Positions 8,232-16,833 of a stretch of DNA of 21,434 bases are shown here, in pieces; within the stretch, counting starts at the first letter, position 1; each line of letters starts with the position of its first letter. The translations under genes and the position numbers were made by a program. The stretch lies in contig CAXTCQ010000137.1 of assembly GCA_964242965.1 (NCBI GenBank), positions 1 to 21,434 of the forward strand, given 5' to 3'. This DNA is from an uncultured Calothrix sp. (lineage in GTDB: Bacteria > Cyanobacteriota > Cyanobacteriia > Cyanobacteriales > Nostocaceae). The notes under the pieces were generated by a model that was not told the origin of the DNA, did no database searches, and saw only the letters and a program-made list of their open reading frames with translations.

Positions 8232-8576
8232 ATGGAAATCGCAGGCGAAAACTACAAAGTTTGTTACGATACTAATTCAGCTAGCATTAATTTTCATGGT
8301 AGTTTGCGGCTGAATGGGATGGAGGAATATTCAGCAATTTTGAAAATGTTGACTGACGCTATCGAGAGTAATCCACCAAGACTAACTGTAAACTTGATGC
8401 ATCTAGATTTTTTGAATAGTTCTGGTATTACGATGCTATCCAAGTTTGTGATTGGAATGCGGGGTAATCAAGGAGTTCATATGATGATATTAGGTTCTAA
8501 TGCAGTACCTTGGCAAAGTAAGTTATTAAAGAACTTACAGCGATTGATGCCCAATCTTAATCTCAAACTTGTGTAA
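8232..8576 (+). CDS. STAS-fold-like partner-switching phosphoacceptor protein (SiaC / DUF1987 / slr1659-like)
   Basis: 114 aa, sitting between the kinases and the phosphatases. It contains 'NLMHLDFLNSSGITMLSKF', which resembles the anti-anti-sigma 'D-x-S-x-V-x-F-[ML]-D-S-[ST]-G' phosphorylation loop (candidate Ser63/Ser64). Confidence 0.55.
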   Translation: MEIAGENYKVCYDTNSASINFHGSLRLNGMEEYSAILKMLTDAIESNPPRLTVNLMHLDFLNSSGITMLSKFVIGMRGNQGVHMMILGSNAVPWQSKLLKNLQRLMPNLNLKLV

Positions 8577-8657
8577 ATTATTTAATATTAATTTACATGT
8601 TTTAGTTACTTGGGTTGATACATATATCAGCCCTAATTATTTTATCAATGCAAATAT

Positions 8658-10712
8658 ATGAAAGAAATTAAAAATATTTTCCGTCCGGCGATCGCGCTTA
8701 TGAATCGCCTTCAATATCCACAAAAATTTTCCCTAATTAGTTGTATATTTGTTCTGCCATTAAGCTTATTAATGTACTTACTAATATCCGAAATTCAAAC
8801 GCGAAACGATTTTGCACAAAGGGAGATAAATGGTAACGCATATCTTCGTCCTTTGCGACAACTTTGGTCGGATATTCCCAAATTGCAGGTGGCAAATAAC
8901 AACAATTCTCAGCAAGCTAACGAAGTCAAGCAGTTACAGTTAAAAATTAATCAGCAGATTGAGTCATTGGCAACAATTGACAAAAAACTTGGTAAGGGAT
9001 TAGAAACTACTACTAAATTTAATGCTTTACAGCAAGCTTGGTTAGAATTACAAAACAAGCAAGATACCAATATAGATAAAAATCCGGCATATCAATCAAT
9101 CCGTCAACAAGTTGATGATTTAAGAAATCATGTAGGCGATAAATCTGACTTAATACTTGACCCGGATATTGATAGCTATTACTTGATAGATGCAACGCTA
9201 CTGAAGCTACCAGCAATGCAGCAAGTACTAATTAAAGTCCAATTATTAACTCAAAAAATTATTCTCAATAAGCAAGATTCGCTTGAAGAAAGAAGGCAGT
9301 TAATTGAAATATTAGGGAATTTGAAGTATCTCAATCAAGACCTGAAAAAAAATATGGAAAAGGCTTTGAAATATCGGGCTGATTCGCAACTAGATATAAA
9401 GCTCAAACCAAGTCTAAATAATTTTACAAATACTATTGATTTACTAACTGATACCGTAGTTCCGCTAAGTGGTAATAATGATATCGTTAATGCAAAAAAT
9501 TTTTCGATTGCAGCCGAGCAAAATTTACAAAAAAGCTATTTACTTTGGGATAAAGCATCTGTCGAACTAGATTTACTCTTACAAAAGCGAATTGATGGTT
9601 TTGTCCACAAACAAATATTAATGTGTCTTTTTGTCTCAATTATATTAATTGTTATTTTATATCTGTTTATCGCTTTTTATCTAGGTGTGAAACAGACAGT
9701 TTCATCTTTAAGCATTGCATCCCAGCAAATGATTAATGGAACCGTTACCGAAACTATTACTTTAGATAACCGAGATGAATTAGCAGAAGTCGTTCAATCA
9801 TTTAATAATATTGCGTTAGCTTTGGTCGGGGCAAATCAAGAAGTTAATCTTCTCAACCAATGCTTAAAAGATGAAAACCTCCGCATGGGTGCAGAGTTAG
9901 AAGTTACTAGCCGACTGCAACAAATGATTTTACCCAAAACTCAGGAACTAGCTAAAATTACTGATTTAGATATTGCCGGGTTTATGCTTCCTGCTAGCGA
10001 AGTGGGTGGTGATTACTACGATGTTATTTACCACAATGGTCATGTCAAAATTGGTATCGGTGATGTCACTGGTCACGGTTTAGAAAGCGGTGTATTAATG
10101 ATTATGGTGCAAACTGCTGTACGTACATTGCTGGAAAGTAATGAAACCGACCCGAAAAAATTTCTGGATATTCTCAACCGTACAATTTATCAAAATGTAC
10201 AGCGAATGAATTCGGATAAAAATATGACGCTTTGCTTACTAGACTATCAGGATGGCAAAATACGAATATCCGGACAGCATGAGGAGATATTGGTTATTCG
10301 TCGTGGTGGTTTGGTGCAACGAGTAGATACAGTTGATTTAGGTTTTCCGATTGGTTTGGAAGTGGATATTTCCAATTTTATTGGTTATGCAGATATTCAA
10401 TTATATCCTGGTGATGTGGTTGTACTGTACACCGATGGGGTTACGGAAGCTGAAAACTTAAAGGGTGAGTTGTACGGTTTAAAACGACTGACACAAATTA
10501 TTAAGGAGAATTGGCAGAAATCGGCTGAAGATATTAAGCAAGCTGTAGTAAATGATTTATATGAATATATAGGACAGCAGAAGCTTCTGGATGATATTAC
10601 ATTAGTAGTTTTAAAACAGAAGCAGATACAAGTAACTGCGTATACAAAGAAAGTTATTGAAGAACAATCAAAATTCTATATAGAATCAGCCGAAGAATTA
10701 GCACTAAGCTAA
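8658..10712 (+). CDS. Membrane-anchored sensor PP2C/SpoIIE-family Ser/Thr phosphatase (SiaA/RsbU-like): TM1, ~280-aa extracytoplasmic domain, TM2, HAMP-like linker, PP2C
   Basis: 684 aa with two hydrophobic helices at about aa 24-44 and 326-350. The C-terminal PP2C motifs are 'DIAGFMLPASEVGGDYYDV', 'GIGDVTGHGLESG' and 'VVLYTDGVTEA'. Confidence 0.85.
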   Translation: MKEIKNIFRPAIALMNRLQYPQKFSLISCIFVLPLSLLMYLLISEIQTRNDFAQREINGNAYLRPLRQLWSDIPKLQVANNNNSQQANEVKQLQLKINQQIESLATIDKKLGKGLETTTKFNALQQAWLELQNKQDTNIDKNPAYQSIRQQVDDLRNHVGDKSDLILDPDIDSYYLIDATLLKLPAMQQVLIKVQLLTQKIILNKQDSLEERRQLIEILGNLKYLNQDLKKNMEKALKYRADSQLDIKLKPSLNNFTNTIDLLTDTVVPLSGNNDIVNAKNFSIAAEQNLQKSYLLWDKASVELDLLLQKRIDGFVHKQILMCLFVSIILIVILYLFIAFYLGVKQTVSSLSIASQQMINGTVTETITLDNRDELAEVVQSFNNIALALVGANQEVNLLNQCLKDENLRMGAELEVTSRLQQMILPKTQELAKITDLDIAGFMLPASEVGGDYYDVIYHNGHVKIGIGDVTGHGLESGVLMIMVQTAVRTLLESNETDPKKFLDILNRTIYQNVQRMNSDKNMTLCLLDYQDGKIRISGQHEEILVIRRGGLVQRVDTVDLGFPIGLEVDISNFIGYADIQLYPGDVVVLYTDGVTEAENLKGELYGLKRLTQIIKENWQKSAEDIKQAVVNDLYEYIGQQKLLDDITLVVLKQKQIQVTAYTKKVIEEQSKFYIESAEELALS

Positions 10713-10787
10713 ATATTTATAATAAGTCTTTAGCTAAATATTTTTTTAAACCAGACCGTACCGAGTTATGAAAATTACTATCAAATC

Positions 10788-12386
10788 ATGAAAGACATTT
10801 TATTCACTTTCAGAAAATTAGTTGTAACTCAACTAATGCCAGTAATTACAGTTGCCGTCGTTATTAGTATGATGTTAGTTGCATCTGTAGGTTGGAATGT
10901 GTGGAATATGTCTAATGATTTTAGAAGTGTTGTTACCACAGAATTTCAAATTCAAAACTTGAGCGACCAGATTATTTATCTTGATGAGGTTCTTACTATG
11001 TCTGCTAAAATGGCTGCAAGTACAGGAGATTTGCAGTGGGAACAACGTTATCAAAAATTTGAGCCAGACTTAGATACGGCAATAAAACAAGTCTTAAAAC
11101 TTGCTCCGGAAGCATATAGTAGTAGTGGAAAAGAAACTGATTCAGCTAACATGAAGTTAGTGAAAATGGAGCAACAATCCTTTGAATTAGTACGTCAACA
11201 AAAAACAAAATCAGCTCTAAATTTACTATCTAGTCAAGAATATACTTATCAAAAACAAATTTATGCTGATGGTATGAGTAAGTTGACCACTGCATTAGAA
11301 AAAAGAATTACATCTAATTTAGAGAATTATCGCTTAAGTTTATTTTGGTCGAGTCTATTTAGCATTATTAGTTTTCCTATTTTATTGTCTGCATGGCTAG
11401 CAATTTTGGGTTTGGTTAGATGGTATATTCAACAGCGGCAGCAAGGAGAGAAAGCATTGCAAGCTGCTAAATTTGAATTAGAAAAAGCTAATCAAACCTT
11501 AGAAAGTAAAGTTATAGAACGTACAAAGCAGTTAGACAGTGCGAGTCAGGAAATTTTCGCCTTGAATGGACGTTTAGAAGATGAAAATATTCGCATGAAG
11601 ATGGAGTTAGATTTAACTCGTCAGGTGCAAAGGAAAATATTACCAAAACCAGAGGAACTAAGCGAAATTCCCGATTTAGATATTGCTGGCTTTATGCAAC
11701 CTGCTACTGAAATTGGTGGAGATTATTACGATATTCTTCAGCAAGATGGACGAGTGAAAATTGGTATCGGGGATGTCACCGGGCATGGTTTGGAAAGCGG
11801 GATGTTAATGTTAATGGTGCAAACCGCAGTTCGTACCCTTTTGGAAAATAACGAAACCGACCCGCAACAGTTTCTCAATGCACTTAACCGAACAATTTAT
11901 CATAACGTTCAGCGCATGGACTCTGATAAAAATATGACCTTGTGCTTGCTAGATTATGAAAATGGAAGAGTTCGCATTTCCGGACAGCATGAGGAAATAT
12001 TGATAATTCGTAAAGGTGGAATGATACAGCGAATCGATACGGTAGATTTAGGTTTTCCGATTGGTTTAGAAAAAGAAATAAGTGAATTTATTGCCTACGC
12101 TGATATACAGTTACTTCCGGGTGATGCGATAGTTTTATATACTGATGGAATTACTGAAGCTGAAAATGTAAATAATGAACAATATGGACTTCAACGGTTA
12201 ATAAAGATAATTAAGGAAAATTGGCAAGAAGCAGCCGAAGAAATTAAGCAAGCTGTAATTGATGATTTGTGGCAATTTATCGGAGAACAGAAACTTTTAG
12301 ATGATGTTACTTTGGTTATTCTCAAACACAAGTCTGTTGCTACCGTTACAGAATTGTCGTCTGCCGCACTTTTAAATCATTCGTAA
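10788..12386 (+). CDS. Second membrane-anchored PP2C/SpoIIE-family phosphatase; catalytic domain paralogous to the 8658-10712 product, with a different and shorter (~150-aa) sensor loop
   Basis: 532 aa with TM helices at about aa 16-38 and 186-210. The PP2C domain is about 75% identical to the upstream paralog ('DIAGFMQPATEIGGDYYDI', 'GIGDVTGHGLESG', 'IVLYTDGITEA'). Confidence 0.85.
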   Translation: MKDILFTFRKLVVTQLMPVITVAVVISMMLVASVGWNVWNMSNDFRSVVTTEFQIQNLSDQIIYLDEVLTMSAKMAASTGDLQWEQRYQKFEPDLDTAIKQVLKLAPEAYSSSGKETDSANMKLVKMEQQSFELVRQQKTKSALNLLSSQEYTYQKQIYADGMSKLTTALEKRITSNLENYRLSLFWSSLFSIISFPILLSAWLAILGLVRWYIQQRQQGEKALQAAKFELEKANQTLESKVIERTKQLDSASQEIFALNGRLEDENIRMKMELDLTRQVQRKILPKPEELSEIPDLDIAGFMQPATEIGGDYYDILQQDGRVKIGIGDVTGHGLESGMLMLMVQTAVRTLLENNETDPQQFLNALNRTIYHNVQRMDSDKNMTLCLLDYENGRVRISGQHEEILIIRKGGMIQRIDTVDLGFPIGLEKEISEFIAYADIQLLPGDAIVLYTDGITEAENVNNEQYGLQRLIKIIKENWQEAAEEIKQAVIDDLWQFIGEQKLLDDVTLVILKHKSVATVTELSSAALLNHS

Positions 12387-12538
12387 AAGGGGAGGGGTGA
12401 AAGGAGAAAGGGGAAAGGGGGAAGAAATTAGTTGTATTTCTATACAACAATGAAGAGGCAGTCGCAATGGAAACAATTCATCACTAACTATACATATATT
12501 CTTACTTCCTCACCTTTTCCCCTCTCCCTTTCCCCCCT
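12387..12538. repeat. Inverted pair of G-rich and C-rich STRR-like heptamer arms (12387-12425 vs 12501-12538) flanking a ~75-nt spacer between the convergent phosphatase and atpC 3' ends; candidate bidirectional terminator structure
   Basis: Read directly: 'aaggggaggggtgaaaggagaaaggggaaagggggaag' ... 'cttacttcctcaccttttcccctctccctttcccccct', which are imperfect reverse complements. Confidence 0.55.
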
Positions 12539-12541
12539 AAT

Positions 12542-12955
12542 TTATACCATGCCACCAGCAGCTTGAAAACGAGCGCGAGTGCGTTTCAAAGTTTGGTTGG
12601 CTTTTATTTGGGCTTGCCGATCGTCAGCAGTGACTTTACCTAAAGCAGCTTGAGCTTCGGTATAAGCACTGCGAGCTTCTTCGAGGTTAATCTTGTCACC
12701 GCGTTCGGCACCGTTGACAAGAATTGTTACTTCGTTTTCCTCAACTTCCGCAAAACCTCCCAACAGCGCGATCGCAACCCAATCTTGGTTTTTGCTGGTA
12801 CGGACGCGCATTACACCTGTATCAAGTGCGCTCAACATTGGTGCGTGTCCGGTGAGGATTCCCAATTGTCCTGTAGTGCTGGGTAAAACGACTTCTTCAG
12901 CCGCAGCATCCCAGACAGTTTTATCTGGAGCTAATACGCGAACGGTTAATGTCAT
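12542..12955 (-). CDS. atpC: F0F1 ATP synthase epsilon subunit
   Basis: 137 aa. The sequence '[16 protein letters not shown]...[21 protein letters not shown]...' is a typical epsilon chain, and the gene lies immediately downstream of atpD. Confidence 0.9.
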   Translation of the reverse strand: MTLTVRVLAPDKTVWDAAAEEVVLPSTTGQLGILTGHAPMLSALDTGVMRVRTSKNQDWVAIALLGGFAEVEENEVTILVNGAERGDKINLEEARSAYTEAQAALGKVTADDRQAQIKANQTLKRTRARFQAAGGMV

Positions 12956-12969
12956 AAAAATCTCAACTT

Positions 12970-13098
12970 AGAGGGAGTAGGGAGTAGGGAGTAGTGAGTA
13001 AGGAGTAGCGAGTGGAGGGAGTAGAGGGAGTAGAGGAAGTAGATAAATTCTCTATTTCCTTCCCCCTCTCCCCTTCTCTCCTTCTCCCTACTCCCTAC
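12970..13098. repeat. (GGGAGTA)n STRR-like heptamer array followed by its imperfect inverted C-rich counterpart, in the atpD-atpC intercistronic spacer
   Basis: Read directly: 'gggagtagggagtagggagtagtgagtaaggagtagcgag...gtagagggagtag' then 'ttccttccccctctccccttctctccttctccctactccctac'. Confidence 0.6.
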
Positions 13099-13099
13099 A

Positions 13100-14572
<1,473 letters not shown>

Positions 14573-14867
14573 CTATGTTTCAGAAAAGGGTCACGAGAAG
14601 AGGCTTGAGTTCAAGCAATATTCATCTTCCAGATTAGCATTGAACGACCACAGTCTTTGGCATAAATTAATTCTTAAGAACTATAGCTTCGATTAAAAAT
14701 TGCGTTAAAATCCCAAACAACTTATAATTTGGCATCTGTAATAATTTAGTATTATTGATAACTCAGTAATTAGTAGCTTCCCCAAAACCCGATAAATTGG
14801 GCAGAGCTGTTTCATTTTTTCTCGAAAAATCTGGAAGTACTTATTTTTTCGTTTGAATTTAGGTTAG

Positions 14868-14898
14868 TTGTAGGGGCGGGGTTCCCCCGCCCCTACAA
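14868..14898. other. GC-rich perfect palindrome TTGTAGGGGCGGGG-ttc-CCCCGCCCCTACAA in the AT-rich divergent atpD / transglutaminase-like intergenic region
   Basis: Read directly. The 14-nt arms are exact reverse complements. Neither strand has a U-tract after the hairpin, and both flanking genes point away from it. Confidence 0.5.
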
Positions 14899-15133
14899 TA
14901 CCGCGTGCTAAACTGATTTTCTCGCCTAATTATATAAACTTTTTAGTTTAAGTTGATTCCAATGTAATTAAATTGACAATATTTTCTCCGATCGCAAAAT
15001 AAATAAATATTGAAGCGGGGCGCGTGTTTTTCATTGTCAAGCAGGTTTAGTATGGGAGAAAGGGAGAACTCCTCCTTTACTAGTTTTTGAGAATGCAATC
15101 GCATTGCTCCCTTGTTAACCTATCCCCCTGCAT

Positions 15134-15964
15134 TTGCCTATGAACTACTTGTCAGCGCGAAAATATTTTTACCAAGAGATTCAGCAGCCTGATGAGTATA
15201 TCGACTTAGCAAAGGCAGCTTTATACTTAGCACAAGAAGAGTACCCCGACCTCGACCTAGAGGAATATATTAATGCACTAGATACGATGGCATTTGAATT
15301 ATTAGAACGCTTGCCAGACGAACGATATCCAATGCGCGTAATTCAAAGTATTAATAAATATCTATATGACGATTTAGGGTTTTATGGCAATACAAAAACC
15401 TATTATGACCCTCGCAACAGTTTTTTAAATGATGTAATCGAGCGTCGCACGGGAATTCCAATTACATTAGCAGTAGTTTATCTAGAAGTTGCGCGTCGCA
15501 TTGACTTTCCAATGGTAGGGGTCGGAATGCCAGGACATTTTCTCATCCGTCCGGATATTCCCGATATGGATATTTTTGTCGATGCGTTTCATTCGGGGAA
15601 TATCATGTTTCCCCAAGATTGTGAGGATAGGTTGAGTCAGATTTACCAACAACCCGTGACATTAAAGCCAGAACATTTAGTCAGGGTGACTAATAGACAG
15701 TTATTAGGGCGGATGTTGTCGAATCTCAAGTATGTTTATTTAAATCAGCAGGAGTTAGAAAAGGCATTAGGTGCGGTTGAGCGAATTTTACTGCTATTAC
15801 CGGATGCCCCTTTAGAGATACGCGATCGCGGTCTGTTATCTTATCAGTTGGGGCGCTTTACGCAAGCTGCTAGCGACTTAGAAAGTTATTTAACTCAGTT
15901 ACCCAACGCCCAAGATGCTGCGGTAATTCGTCGCTTGCTGACACAATTGGGAAGGAGTAACTGA
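15134..15964 (+). CDS. Transglutaminase-like / UPF0162 (SirB1/YchA-family) protein with a C-terminal TPR-like region
   Basis: 276 aa. 'GIPITLAVVYLEVARRIDFPMVGVGMPGHFLIR' resembles the conserved core of the YchA/SirB1 transglutaminase-like family. Identification is from memory of that family. Confidence 0.6.
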   Translation: MPMNYLSARKYFYQEIQQPDEYIDLAKAALYLAQEEYPDLDLEEYINALDTMAFELLERLPDERYPMRVIQSINKYLYDDLGFYGNTKTYYDPRNSFLNDVIERRTGIPITLAVVYLEVARRIDFPMVGVGMPGHFLIRPDIPDMDIFVDAFHSGNIMFPQDCEDRLSQIYQQPVTLKPEHLVRVTNRQLLGRMLSNLKYVYLNQQELEKALGAVERILLLLPDAPLEIRDRGLLSYQLGRFTQAASDLESYLTQLPNAQDAAVIRRLLTQLGRSN

Positions 15965-16034
15965 GTGGTCAGTGGTCATTCTTAACTCCTAACTCCTAAC
16001 AAAAAAACTCTTAACTCTTAACTCCCTACTCCCC
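15965..16034. repeat. STRR-like heptamer repeats (GTGGTCA)x2 and (TAACTCC/TAACTCT)n between the convergent 3' ends
   Basis: Read directly: 'gtggtcagtggtca ttcttaactcctaactcctaac aaaaaaa ctcttaactcttaactccctactcc'. TAACTCC is the reverse complement of the GGAGTTA heptamer at 21367-21434. Confidence 0.6.
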
Positions 16035-16478
16035 TCATAACCTCTCCGCAATTTGCTTCAAGCGACCTAATTGCGCTTGCATATCTTGAACAGTCCAATT
16101 TTGGGCAAACGTTTTGAAACCCCAACTGATAATTGGGTTGGGTATTTCAAACTCAAAGCGATTCAACAAGCAAGTTCCTTTTGCTACGGGTTGACATTCC
16201 CAGCGATCGCGTCCTTGAAAATAACCCTCAAACCCCCACACTATCAAACCGGGTTGCCGCTCTACAACTGTAGTATTCAATGTCGGTTTTATTACAGGTA
16301 TTTGAATGACAAACCGACTCTTAGTACCAACGTCGGTACTCCAATCACCAATAGGTTCGCAGCGTAATGCCGGATTTAACCAACGATGCATTAATGTTTG
16401 GTCGGTAATGCAACGCTCAACAACGCAAGCAGAGGCATTAATTTGAATCGTTTGTTCAAAAATTTGAGTTGCTGACAT
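16035..16478 (-). CDS. SRPBCC-superfamily (START/Bet v1/polyketide-cyclase-like) small protein
   Basis: 147 aa and soluble. Its size and pattern are consistent with SRPBCC ligand-binding fold proteins common in cyanobacteria. Assigned by resemblance only. Confidence 0.45.
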   Translation of the reverse strand: MSATQIFEQTIQINASACVVERCITDQTLMHRWLNPALRCEPIGDWSTDVGTKSRFVIQIPVIKPTLNTTVVERQPGLIVWGFEGYFQGRDRWECQPVAKGTCLLNRFEFEIPNPIISWGFKTFAQNWTVQDMQAQLGRLKQIAERL

Positions 16479-16833
16479 TTTATGATTATTTAATTATTTT
16501 GATGTTATATCTGCACTTAGGTTAACTCATAAATACTTTGTAAGAAAGAATTTAAAACATTTAGTTAAGGTATCTTGAGGACAATGATGTATATATTGCA
16601 ACTTAAGCATAAGTAATAAGACGATAATTTTAATTATTTTGCATCGTAAAAATATAAATCATAAATAAAAAATCGAAAATGTGCTAAACGTATCAATTAC
16701 CTGTAAGATTTTACTGGTAAATTACACTGCAAGAAATCGATAAAGTTATCGGGGCCGCGATCTGTTTAAAGCAATTCGTGCCTTAATAATTTATTGTGCT
16801 TGCAATAACCTAAACATTTAATATCAGAAAACC

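Noticed and set aside
12650-12971. Two + strand ORFs antisense to atpC
   Set aside because: They sit fully within and antisense to a highly conserved gene, so they are chance frames.
14868-14898. GC hairpin as an intrinsic terminator for atpD or the transglutaminase-like gene
   Set aside because: Both flanking genes are transcribed away from it and no U-tract follows on either strand. It is kept as a stand-alone structured element instead.
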